Source: Octopus sinensis (Eukaryota). From it: a stretch of DNA of 64,000 nucleotides. A program made the position numbers and the translations under genes. The DNA lies in the NCBI RefSeq assembly GCF_006345805.1, contig NC_043007.1, forward strand, positions 16,120,001-16,184,000, given 5' to 3'. The notes beneath the pieces were generated by a model. That model did no database searches and was not told the DNA's origin. It saw only the letters and a list, made by a program, of their open reading frames with translations. Positions 13,682-24,585 of the stretch are shown one piece after another; within the stretch, counting starts at the first letter, position 1; each line of letters opens with the position of its first letter.

Positions 13682-16029
13682 TGTGAACAGGTCGCGGTCT
13701 TATAGCGACGAAAATATTTTGACAAATTAAACTTAAATGTTGAAGTGAATCGAACGGCTTTTGTGTGTTTCTTAAATGGCTTACAAACACCTTCCAGGCT
13801 GCAATTGTTTTCGTTCCAGCACACGATCTCAGATCAAATCACTTGCTATGCAAGTACACCTCCGTAATATAGTGTTAATGAAATATAGATATTAATTTCA
13901 GATCACCGATCTAAATAGACCTGTCACAATGGAAGATAAACGACACTTGACATACGTTGCAGCGACTCTACTTGAAGTCCAGAGAATTGCTCCTGTTGGT
14001 AAGCAAGCAGTGACATAACTTTTATTGCTAAAGGGAAGCTATTCCACACGCCATAATTTGTATTTTTTTGCCACAAAATTTGTCCAATAACGAAATGATT
14101 TCAGCATAAAGGGGAGAACAAAATAAATCATTACGCATATAATATGGATATCAAATTATTAGGAGCATCAAAGAAGTGAAGTCTATTACAAAGAATTAAG
14201 CATTTACATTATATTTGCAGTTTTACATATACAATTTCATATCATCTGAAATCCATATTGTTACATAACAATTTTACATAATTTCAATATTATATTAGGT
14301 CAGCTTCCCAAAACGAAACCCAGTTTTACAGCAACATAAACTCATAACCTGGCACTACAATGTTACATCACCAAACATAATACTCTCTTATGACAATAGT
14401 AAAACAGTCTACATCAAATTATCATTTCTCTCAACGTAGTTAATATTGAGAAAAATTCTTTTAACAGCTCCACTCACAGTTCCACATGCCTCTGTACTAG
14501 ACACAACACTGGGAGGTTATGATATTCCAAAAAATACCATTGTTCAATTCAATTTAATGGCTGCTCATTATGATCCGAAGTATTGGGATAAACCAGAGGA
14601 ATTCCGACCTGAGAGATGGATTGGAGAAAATAATGAGTTAAAGAAAAATGAGGCTTATATGCCTTTCTCTTTGGGTAAGTATAATTAAAATCGATTTTAA
14701 TTATAGAACAGGCCTATCAGGAGGGAAAACAATAACATCGATCAGGAGGGAAAACAATAACATCTTTTTATTGATGGTGCCTTCTTTTTTATTATCGCAA
14801 TGTGTCATTTGGAGATTGAGGTATCCTGTTTAAGGATCCCGCGAGGTTAATTTGCTAGGTAAAATGAAAAGTGGAACGGCTATTGGGAGGTAACTTCAGA
14901 TTTACCTGGGTGCCAGGTTTTCTTTCCCATCCCAGTTTCGAAAAAACCAGATATTTTGATGTGGTGTGAAAGAAAGAAAGTTGTAAATATAGTCGAGCTA
15001 ACGGTTCCTCACGAAGATAATATGGACGCCGCTCGAGCTCGAAAATTAAACCGTTATGAAAACCTCCTCGAGGAATGTGAAGACGCAGGCTGGAAAGCGG
15101 AACATTTTCCTATCGAAGTCGGATGTAGAGGGTTTGTAGGACACAGCGTGAGACGACTGTTGTTATCGTTAGGCCTAACTCATCGTAAAGTCAATACCAC
15201 CATGACTGATATCCAATCTACAGTGGAGAAGGCTAGCCACTGGATTTGGTTAATAAGAGACGATGAGCGATGGCTAGAAGTATATTGAGTTCTTCATAAC
15301 CAGCTGATCTAGCAAGCGGGGCCTCATATCAGTGAGGGGTGCCTGTGCGCATTGATGCCGTCGAGAGGTAGGCCCCGAAACGGCGCGCATTCTCTCCTGA
15401 TGACCCCATACACTTGCTAGCTTCCGATATACGGAGCTTTTAACTGGTAGCACTTGCATGTGCAAGTTGTTTGCAAGACATTTACAGCCTCCAGCTTTGA
15501 ATCGTTCTTAGGCAGCTGTCACTTGAGGGTAAATAAAATAGCAATAGTCTACTGATTCTCATTAATTCATTATACTTTCTTACAAAAGTTTAGTCTTTTG
15601 CTCACCTAAAATTAATCATCATTCTATTAGCAAAACTTTACCTCTTTATGTTATCTTAATTATTGATAAAATTTCTCTTGAAACTTTTGCCTAGGAAATA
15701 TTTTATAGGTTGAAATATAGCCAGAGCTATAATATTTAAATTTATTCTTTGTATAATAGACAAGTTAATATTTTATTAAAATATAATCTTTATTATATGT
15801 TATCACATGGAATTAGGCTATATACTTTATATCTTCTATTTTATTTGTAGGTCCCAGAATATGTGCAGGAATATCACTAGCCAATATTGAAACTTTCATG
15901 GCCTTTACAAATATCTTACAAAGATTTAAGCTGGAAAGTCCAGACGAAACACCAATGACAATGGAAGGCAAACAATCAGGAATTACTTATGTTCCAGTAA
16001 ATGATAATATCCGTGCAATACCACTGTGA
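60..16029 (+). CDS. Cytochrome P450 clan 2 (CYP2-like) gene A, 5'-partial (exons 2-8)
   Basis: join(60..285,7233..7359,8477..8633,10153..10289,13902..13998,14468..14674,15851..16029). All introns are GT-AG with consistent phases. Motifs: I-helix AGTDTT, K-helix EVQR (ExxR), PERW, heme FSLGPRICAG, stop TGA 16027-16029. Exon 1 is not in the window. Confidence 0.95.
1258..1482. mobile_element. TTAA-type (piggyBac-like) MITE nested in the PLE ORF
   Basis: Starts ttaa-ccctttcgttac and ends gtaacgaaag (inverted terminus, right end decayed); interrupts the PLE between RT and endonuclease. Confidence 0.6.
2510..3020. repeat. (TTC)n/(TCC)n polypyrimidine microsatellite
   Basis: About 500 nt almost purely C/T on +. 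Confidence 0.95.
3706..3948 (-). mobile_element. tRNA-derived SINE family 2
   Basis: Sense strand begins ggcggcgagctggcagaaacg, has B-box-like gagttcaaattcc, ends gtaaagaaataggta; many copies in the window. Confidence 0.85.
4950..5170 (-). mobile_element. Solo PLE pseudo-LTR
   Basis: Reverse complement of the PLE 3' end at ~3040-3270; contains a hammerhead motif. Confidence 0.7.
5002..5039 (-). ncRNA. Minimal type I hammerhead ribozyme, U3:A8 core variant
   Basis: cag UUGAAAA ggtc-tcaaaat-gacc GAAA c cg g UA ctg: stem I cag/ctg, stem II 4 bp, palindromic ACCGGU stem-loop III, GUA cleavage triplet. Confidence 0.65.
5197..6846 (+). mobile_element. Decayed Tc1/mariner element, DD37D (maT) type
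   Basis: 26-bp imperfect TIRs at 5197-5222 and 6821-6846, flanked by TA. N-terminal remnant from 5286 (MAD...[23 protein letters not shown]). Catalytic end QQDSAPSH...[14 protein letters not shown] has 37 residues between the two Asp. Frameshifted and interrupted by a SINE. Confidence 0.85.
5435..5862 (+). mobile_element. tRNA-derived SINE family 1 (nested in maT)
   Basis: Head aggcgcaggagtggctgtgtggtaag, internal (TA)n/(TG)n, (gtaaaaga)n tail. Confidence 0.9.
6850..7170. repeat. (AT)n-rich microsatellite
   Basis: Direct inspection. Confidence 0.95.
7233..7359 (+). CDS. CYP gene A exon 3
   Basis: ttgaag|G ATC AGA TTT...TCT CCC|gtaagt; [42 protein letters not shown]; 127 nt (alternative in-frame AG 6 nt downstream). 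Confidence 0.9.
7841..8243 (+). mobile_element. SINE family 1
   Basis: Full-length copy; absent from the homologous intron-3 site of gene C (~49230-49270). Confidence 0.9.
8477..8633 (+). CDS. CYP gene A exon 4
   Basis: ccatag|ATA...TCT G|gtgag; [52 protein letters not shown]; 157 nt. Confidence 0.95.
8870..9622 (+). mobile_element. Decayed mariner transposon remnant
   Basis: [24 protein letters not shown]; GIVHREF...[18 protein letters not shown]; HPPYSPDL-like region; right TIR ~9595-9622. Confidence 0.75.
9625..10086. repeat. (TACA)n/(TGCA)n microsatellite
   Basis: Direct inspection; a homologous tract lies at 51840-52175 in gene C intron 4. Confidence 0.95.
10153..10289 (+). CDS. CYP gene A exon 5 (I-helix)
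   Basis: ttgcag|AA...AAG|gtaaa; [46 protein letters not shown]; 137 nt. Confidence 0.95.
10905..11310 (-). mobile_element. Two adjacent PLE pseudo-LTR-type repeats with decayed hammerhead motifs
   Basis: 11007-11041 (-) has core CCGACGA; ~11203-11240 (-) has core CTGTAGA; related copies at 37515-37705, 40500-40655 and 44765-44965. Confidence 0.6.
11717..12138 (-). mobile_element. SINE family 1
   Basis: Full-length reverse copy. Confidence 0.9.
12333..12737 (+). mobile_element. SINE family 1
   Basis: Full-length copy, head-to-head with 11717-12138. Confidence 0.9.
13487..13572 (+). ncRNA. Type I hammerhead ribozyme (PLE-type), canonical core, long stem II
   Basis: ttgg CUGAUGA gtact[~49 nt]agtac GAAA c gatt g UA ccaa: stem I ttgg/ccaa, stem II gtact/agtac, GUA cleavage site. 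Confidence 0.75.
13902..13998 (+). CDS. CYP gene A exon 6 (ExxR)
   Basis: tttcag|ATC...GTT G|gtaag; [32 protein letters not shown]; 97 nt; not in the ORF track. Confidence 0.95.
14468..14674 (+). CDS. CYP gene A exon 7
   Basis: taacag|CT...TTG G|gtaagt; [26 protein letters not shown]...FRPERW...YMPFSL; 207 nt. Confidence 0.95.
14935..15470 (+). mobile_element. 5'-truncated R2-superfamily (HERO/NeSL-like) non-LTR retrotransposon: restriction-like endonuclease + 3' UTR
   Basis: [26 protein letters not shown]...[13 protein letters not shown]...[12 protein letters not shown] (PD..E-x-T/K REL signature), open to 15288; absent from gene C intron 7. Confidence 0.8.
15851..16029 (+). CDS. CYP gene A exon 8 (heme Cys, stop)
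   Basis: ttgtag|GT CCC AGA ATA TGT GCA GGA; [59 protein letters not shown]; 179 nt. Confidence 0.95.
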
Positions 16030-16300
16030 GATATATTTGAGGGCACCACTTCACAGTACACTGGCTATACAGTTGAAAGTATATCACCTTGATGTAAAAA
16101 AATATCAAATTTCTGTAAAATACTGCTATTTTTTGAAATGGTATTTCACGAAATTACATAAATTTCAGTTCCTTGACCTACACGCTACTGTTACCAATAT
16201 GTGTGCAGGATTATCTACCCATAAACTTCATAAAATTTAGAGGATAGAAATAGATACGACAACAACTATTCCTACGATAGTTGCAATGTTTAATTTAATC

Positions 16301-16306
16301 AATAAA
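16301..16306 (+). promoter_or_regulatory. Likely polyadenylation signal of CYP gene A
   Basis: AATAAA in a caataaagct context conserved about 250-290 nt after the stop in all three paralogs. Confidence 0.6.
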
Positions 16307-17647
16307 GCTCCAGTATTTTATTATTTTCTTTGAGTCACAATTTTCTTTATTAACCTAATTTCAGACTTTGATATAAATCGTTGAAATGCACAACAAAAGG
16401 GTTTCTATTCTTTTATTTTTGAAAAGGGTTCAGCAACATGGGACTGGATTGTGCTGCCTTGAGGGTCCTGCTGGAACGAGAATGACATTCCTTATAAGTA
16501 TTTTGTTTACCAAAGTATGTCAACATAAAACCAAAACTATTTTTGTTCCTATTTTAGGTAATACAGTTACAGACCTTCCTGGGTCTGTGATTGTTTTATC
16601 TGTTTTCAAGTTTCAGCAAACTTATCATAAATTGATTCACTGCATTGTATTGCAAAATTACCAGGTATTAGAAAACAGGACGAAGCTTCTTAGATGCTCG
16701 GTGGTTGTCTGGAGCGAACGTACGATGACAGCGAACATGCTCTGTAAATCATGGAGAGAATACTGCAGCACTTGCACGACAGTAAAAACTCAATGATAAA
16801 GCGGAATAGTAGTGATGTTTTCATGTGTCCCCTGTCGAACCCTGTCACTAATTCCCAAATGAACAAAACATGACGAGACCCATGCAGCCTTTAATCGACA
16901 TCGCTTTGGACAAAATTTATAACAGTTTGCAAATATAGATTCTATACATTCAGAGATCAGTTGTCAGGTCTGTGAGTAAGAAAATGTTACAAGTAAGTAA
17001 GAGAGAGATTTCCTTCCGGCTGTTATTGAATCGTGGACATAACACCTATAAGGAGAGTGTTTAAGATAGTAGGTGAATAGATGTCTTTCCAGCTTGCAAC
17101 ATCATTATCTCAACACACCTGTGCGTCTGTGCCGTGAGCTCAACATCAGCAACTGGTCGCCATGGCAGGCACTGCCAAAAATAGTCATGGCTACAAAACA
17201 ATTCTTCAATCAAGAAGAATAGTTCGCTATCCTGCTGAAGAATTTCTTTACTGCAGACTCCTGTTAAAGAGAAAACTATCAGGTTCCTCAGTAATGCTGC
17301 TTCTCAGTTTAGCCACGGTTAAGCAATCGCACAATAACACTGAAAACAAAGAATCATATGCCACAGGCAATAATGCATAATGTTTCTAACACGAATCGTT
17401 TTCGTTTTTGTATGTGACTTCCATTGTGTAGTTTCGTATAAGCTTGAGGCTATGCTTTCTTTGTTGATTTTTCCGTTGCCTTTTTTTCTGATTTTTACGT
17501 TTGAAACAAATCTTTAGGCGTGTCTTCAGGTTCTTCTAGCTGCTGTGTCCGACATTGTGTTGACCAACTCCACTTGTTACTTCCGAGGCTATTTTGAACT
17601 ACAAGTAACAATGAAAGTGCCTATTTGTCACAAATATCAATACAAGT

Positions 17648-17960
17648 GTGGAGGCGCAATGGCCCAGTGGTTAGGGCAGCGGACTCGCAGTCGTAGGATC
17701 GCGGTTTCGATTCCCAGACCGGGCGTTGTGAGTGTTTATTGAACAAAAACACCTAAACTCCACGAAGCTCCGGCAGGGGGTGGTGGCGATCCCTGCTGTA
17801 CACTTTCGCCACAATTTTCTCTCACTCTTTCTTCTGTTGGCCTGCTCGCTTAGCCAGCGGGGTGGTATCATTTGAAGGCTAAAACAATGTGAAGCGCATT
17901 GTGGCCAGCGATGTGTAACAACATCTGATAGCCTGGTCGGTCACGGTGATCACGATGATA
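17648..17960 (+). mobile_element. tRNA-derived SINE family 3 (body type b)
   Basis: Head ggaggcgcaatggcccagtggttagg...ggtttcgattccc; 9-bp TSD aatacaagt (17639-17647/17961-17969). Confidence 0.85.
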
Positions 17961-18639
17961 AATACAAGTAATGTATAACGAAACACGTCTTTTACACGAG
18001 GTCAGCTGGTAACTGATAATCTCGCTTGTTCTCACCAAGGAAAGATAAAACCTGCGGAGTAACCAGATTATTTACACAACGAGGCTTACACTGTATGCTT
18101 ATTTTTAAAAAAAAACTGTGTCTTACAATTGAAATTACAAAAGTACTGTGTTGGGATTATGAATTAACTAACAATATTATAAGTGCACAGATTATTGAAG
18201 GAAACGTCTACGGCTTAACTGAACTATTATGTATAGAAGAAAATCATTCTAAAAATGCCATCTTAAAAATGGCGCAAACACTGACCAGTGAAGGCAGGTA
18301 AAGTATATTTAAAAGAAGACAGACAGGCAAAGAGATAAGTAGAGAGACAGACAGACAGACACACAGACAAGCAGACAAACAGACAGATAGAAAAACAGAT
18401 AAGTAAATATGTTTCTTTATTAGCCACACAGGGCTGAACACAGACGGTACAAATTACAAAGAAGTGGGGTAGGTTTTTTGATCAAAAGGGATCGTAAAAA
18501 GGTAAGAGAAAAACGATCAATACGGATCGTATATCACAGAAATGTCATGATGTAAAGTATAAAGGGGGAAGCAGATAAGGTTTATCCGTGGAAAGAAAAG
18601 CCTACGGAAAAGACCACGGTACTTCGGTCAAAGATAAGT

Positions 18640-18640
18640 A

Positions 18641-18697
<57 letters not shown>

Positions 18698-18736
18698 CAG
18701 ATACATACATACATACATACATACATACATACATAC

Positions 18737-18767
<31 letters not shown>

Positions 18768-18805
18768 CATACATACATACATACATACATACATACATAC
18801 ATACA
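18640..18805. repeat. (GATA)n(TACA)n compound microsatellite
   Basis: Direct inspection. Confidence 0.95.
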
Positions 18806-18916
18806 GGCATACATATATCTTTATCTTCGATGATTTATATGAAAGTAAAATGAAGGAAGAAAAACTAGGTTGATAAATAAAACTGTAACACAAGAAATAT
18901 AATACAATATTAAAGC

Positions 18917-18922
18917 TTTATT
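18917..18922 (-). promoter_or_regulatory. Likely polyadenylation signal of CYP gene B
   Basis: AATAAA on - in the same caataaagct context as genes A and C. Confidence 0.55.
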
Positions 18923-19176
18923 GACAAAGTCAGGCATTAATATTACCATAGCTGTCGCTGTTCTGTCTGTTTCTATCATCTAAATTTTACGAAGTATATG
19001 AGAAGGTATTACTACACAGATATTATCATGTATCTTCTAGGTGAATATAATACCACCATGAAATCTTGACTTAAATGAACGGTTCTTGTGTTTGACTGCC
19101 TCAAAGTAGCATACTTTCTACGGTATACCCAGTGTATCCTATAGAGGTGCTTTCAAACATACAAGACAAATGGATC

Positions 19177-19355
19177 TTACAGTGGTATTGCACGGATATT
19201 ATTCTTCACTGGAACGTAAGTAATTCCTGATTGTCTGCCTTCCATTGTCATTGGTGTTTCGTCTGGACTTTCCAATCTAAATTTTTGTAAGATGTTTGAA
19301 AAAGCTATGAAAGATTCAATATTGACTAGTGATACTCCTGCACATATTCTGGGGC
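19177..19355 (-). CDS. CYP gene B exon 8 (heme Cys, stop)
   Basis: ttgtag|GC CCC AGA ATA TGT; [59 protein letters not shown]; 179 nt. Confidence 0.95.
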
Positions 19356-21402
19356 CTACAAATAATACAGATGATTTAAATTAAATATTATAATTACATG
19401 TGATATAATAGAATAGAGTCATGAAATTTTAATAAAATATAATTAAATAATTAGCTTGCCAATTAAATATCGAGTAAATTTAAATAGAAAAATCTTATAA
19501 AATTTCGGTGACCAAAATATTTTTGAAGGATTTTTTTATAAGTAAATAAGATTGCATAAAGAGGTAAAGTTTTGCGAATAGAATGCAGGTTCATTTTAAG
19601 GGAATAAAATACCAAAGAAGCAAAATAGTATTACTATTTGCTTTATTGACCCCGAAGTAGTGAATGCTTACAATTGTCAAAGCAAGGCTTGGACTAGGAC
19701 GATGTAGTTAAACAGACATGTATTTACACTTGTACTTTATAGTCCTTTGCACATATCAAGCTAACAGATAATGCTTTGGCTTTTATACAGACCGGACTGA
19801 GCGATATTTTATTGAGTGTTCAACCTATTAGATACAATATTCAAATCCATATGGAGGCACATGGCCTAGTGGTTAGAGCAGTGGACTCGCGGTCGAGGGA
19901 TCGCGGATTCGAATCCCAGACCGGGCGATGTGTGTGTTTATGAGCGAAATACCTAAGCTCCACGCGGCTCCGGCAGAAGGTAATGATGAACTTCTGCTGA
20001 CTCTTTCGCCACAACATTTTATCATTATTTCCTCCTGCATCTTGCAGCTCACCTGCGACGGACCGGCGTTCCGTCCAGGTGGGGAACCTATACGCCAAGG
20101 AAACTGGGAAACTGGCCCTATGAGCCAAGCATGGCTTGAAAAGGACTATCCAAATCTCCTTCAAGTGATACACTGCAAAGGTAACATTGAATAATATTAT
20201 TGTTACTACTTCCAAATCGAGATGGTAACAGCTGAAATACTTTTGAACATAGGTCAACTCTATCATTAAAATCTATTTACAATACTTACCCAAAGAGAAA
20301 GGCATATAAGCCTCATTTTTCTTTAACTCATTATTTTCATCAATCCATCTCTCAGGTCGGAATTCCTCTGGTTTATCCCAATACTTCGGATCGTAATGAG
20401 CAGCCATTAACATGAATTGAACAATGGTATTTTTTGGAATATCATAACCTCCTAGTTTTGTGTCTATCGTAGAGGCATGTGGAGCAGTGAGTGGAGCTGT
20501 TAAAAGATTTTTTCTCAACGTTAACAATGTAGAGATAAGTGATAACTTGAAACAGACTGTTTTACAATTGCCATAAGACAGTAAATTTGGTGATGTAACA
20601 CTGGTGTGTCGAGTCATGAGATTTTGCTTACGCAATACTGTCGCAGTAAAATTGGGTTTCTTGTTAGGAAGCATTCAATTGATGTAATATTGTAATGTAG
20701 CAACATGAGTTTGAGCTGATATAATATGATGCCACAACTCATTTTAGCCTGCATTGATATAACATAAATGTTTACTTCTTTCAAATATTCTTGCCCTATG
20801 CTTTTTTTTTTTGTCAATATTGAACATATGTAGAACTTCATTTAATTATGGACGGAAATATTTTGATATCTATAACATTTTTATACTGTTTTCTACAAAT
20901 CCTTTTGTGAAAGAAAATCACTAATTATAAGATGTGAAATATATTTTTGCTTTAACTATACGATTTATGTCACTGCTTGCTTACCAACTGGAGCCATTCT
21001 CTGGGCCTCAAGTAGCGTTGCTGCAACGTATGTCATGTGTCTTTTGTCTTCCATTGTGATAGGCCTGTTCAGATTTGTGACCTGAAATAGATAATCCATT
21101 ACAATGGAGTTATATATATATATCACGTGACCACGTGACCGACCAGACCATCAGATGTTGTTACACATCGCTGGTCACAATGCGTTCGCATTGTTTTAGC
21201 CTTCGAATGACGCCACCCCGCTGGCTAAGCGAGCAGGCCAACAGAAGAAAGAGTGGGAGAAAGAGTGGTGAAAGAGTACAGCAGGGATCACCACCATCCC
21301 CTGCCGGAGCGTCGTGGAGCTTTTAGGTGTTTTCGCTCAATAAACACTCACAACGCCCGGTCTGGGAATCGAAACCGCGATTCTGCGACCGCGAGTCCAC
21401 TG

Positions 21403-21441
<39 letters not shown>

Positions 21442-24400
21442 AAATATATGCAATAAGCAGTAAAAGAAAAAAAATGAGAGAAAATAGAAGGAACCTGGTT
21501 TAACCAGAACTCATTAGCTTGGTGCTTAAAAGAAGGGAGAGAGTATTTCCGTTTTCGAACACTACTGCAAATGTAATTAGCATGTACAACATAAACCTGC
21601 CTCTAAGAAACAGAGATATCCCTACACCTATATCGTAAAAAGTAATTGTAGGAATTAGAAGTTCAGAATCAAATGGGATGGAAGCACTCCGTCGGTTACG
21701 ACGACGAGGGTTCCCGTTGATCCGAATCAACGGAACAGCCTGCTTGTGAAATTAACGTGTAAGTGGCTGAGCACTCCACAGACACGTGTACCCTTAACGT
21801 AGTTCTCGCGGATATTCAGCGTGACACAGAGAGTGACAAAGCCGGCCCTTTGAAATACGGGTACAACAGAAACAGGAAGTAAGGGTGAGAGAAAGTTGTG
21901 GTGAAAGGGTACAGCAGGGATCACCACCATCCCCTGCCGGAGCCTCGTGGAGCTTTTAGGTGTTTTCGCTCAATAAACACTCACAACGCCCGGTCTGGGA
22001 ATCGAAACCGCGATCCTATGACCGCGAGTCCGCTGCCCTAACCACTGGGCCATTGCGCCTCCACTCAGAATCAAATAGTGACCAACTGTTTCATGTTGAC
22101 GTAGGAATCTTCTATTTATATTTTGTACGTTTTGTTTGGCGGCTCGTCTCTTTTGAGTGGTGATGCGTATTTAGATTTGTGGAAGTTTGTCGCCATTTTT
22201 ATTTGTTAATGTTGGTGTTTTAAGTGATATATATTCGTGTACGTTCGTGTCTGTGCTTTAGTTTGGACAGCAAAGATTTTTTGACCGTGTAAAACAGATG
22301 TACACGGTTAGTATCTAATAGTAATTTCACTCAATAAAGGTAGGTGTAATTCGAGATAAATTTAAATTAACTACTAAGTTAGAGATCATAGGAGTTATTG
22401 AGGTTGAGAGGTGGGATTGTTATTAGGGGCAGATAATGAATTGAGGGACACTGTGTTTGATTGAAAGATTAATGCATGTGTGGTGGGGTACCTGCGTTGA
22501 GATAAGGATTTATTGTGCCGGAAAGTTGGACAAAATATACACACGTACACACACATTCACTGCCAAACATACAGAGCCACATAAGAAATCAATGCACACA
22601 CAAACTCAAACACCGGCCCTGATTTTATTCCTTCCTACCCTCAAATATTGCACCATGATCTAGCTCCTATACTTATCGAAATCCTTAATTTGTTTCTCTC
22701 GATGAGACGCTTCCCTGGGGTTTTTTTAAATGCGCTAATTTGTGTTCTATCCCCCAAGAAAGGCAATTGTTTTAAGTCTGACAACTATCGTCCTGTACAC
22801 TCTTAATGCATCTACAACAATGACGGCAGCCATGAACTATGCTTTCTTCCAAAATATTAAATCTTTGTCTCCCTGATGAGCACACGTACGGTTTTCGTAA
22901 AGCCAGATTTCCTGGTGACCTACTCTCTGCTGTCACCCGTCAGACAAATTTGTAGGAAGCAATGTTGTTACCCTCGACATCAGCAAAGATTCTAAGTGTA
23001 CCTAACGCGTAAATCCCTTTCTGAAATTGTCTGAATTCCCTTGTTTAGCGCACTACACACCGTCGTCTGTTGTAACACCATAGTGTTGTATATGTAATTC
23101 TTATTCTTCTGTAGACATTTTCATCGACACGTAGCCCTGATTCCTAATAGCAGATTTTTTTGTTTGTTTGTTCCTCCTCAAGCCATGTCTGGCTCATTAG
23201 GGCCGGTTTCTTTGGCGTATGGGTTCCCCACTTGGACGGGACGCCGGTCCATCGCAGGTGAGCCGCAAGATGCAGGAGGAAAGAGTGAGAGAAAGTTGTG
23301 GCGATAGAGTCTGCAAAAGTTCGCCATTACCTTCTGCCGGAGCTGCGTGGAGCTGAGGTGCTTCGCTCATAAACACACACATCGCCCGGTCTGAGATTCG
23401 AACCCTCGATCCCTCGACCGCGAGTCCGCTGCTCTAACAAATAGGCCATGTGCCTCCACAATAGCAGATTTGCATTGCCATGACAAACAGAGACATCATT
23501 TGACGTCTATAATTACATAATGTATCCATGAATGGCGGTTGTTCTGCACCATGAAGAGATCATTCACTAACATCGCGCAATACATTTATAACAATGTCTT
23601 TTCCATCTCGGAATTTCTAAGCGGCATCTCACACCTACTTCACACACTCGTTTCCGTTTCACATGATATGTGTGTGTGTGTCTGAACTCTACTTCCACGA
23701 TTTCATTGCTTACGTCAGCTTAGAGATTATTTAGCTGGATATCAACAGTATTAAATTCACCAATCTACAACAGTCATTAAAATGTATTCCTTCCCCGCTG
23801 AGCATCTAATGAAAAGGAAAAGCTATCTACAAAATAGCTACCTACAACAAGAACTGAATACAGTAGTACAGTGGTAGCTAAAAATGTTTCATTTTTTAAT
23901 CTATTGCTTGTTTCAGTCATGAGACTGCAGCCGTGATGGCACACAGCCTTGAAGAGTTTTCAGACAAACGAATCGATTCAGTACTTTTTTAAAACCTGAA
24001 ACATACTCTGTCGGTCTTTATAGCCGAATCATTAATTTACGAGGAGTTAAACAACCCAATATCAACTGTGAAACGGTGATGGGAAACAGACAGAGATACA
24101 GACAGACACACACACACACACATACACATATATATATATAAATATATATATAATTCCAAGAAAGTTAGAGGTTGTGAATCCAACCAACTAAGGGATAATA
24201 TCTATCCAATATACTGCTGGTAGAATACCCAATTATTAATACACAAGTGTTTTGTTTTATTGCATTGCAATTACATTACCGAGTGTACTAAATGGGTGAC
24301 GATAAAGAGTTATTTTACCATTAATATATAGAGCAATAAGAAAATGGAGGGTATCAATAGGTGGTATTCATCAACTTTTATGTATACATATGTAAATTGT

Positions 24401-24494
24401 TATAACTGTCCTTTTAGTAAATAAATAAATTGACATAATATAATGTCTAAAAGTCGATGAATATCACCTATTGATCACCTCCATTTTCTTATTG

Positions 24495-24585
<91 letters not shown>

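Noticed and set aside
15370-15410. GAAA...CTGATGA in the 3' UTR of the REL element (possible type II hammerhead)
   Set aside because: The flanking stem II strands are cccc/cccc and do not pair; stems I and III are not supported.
16795-16850. GFDRGHM on - resembling the DRGH motif of non-specific endonucleases
   Set aside because: Isolated short match; the following residues and the second copy near gene C give no support.
16960-17400. Possible Gypsy RNase H-like remnant on -
   Set aside because: Similarity by eye is too weak and interrupted to support a call.
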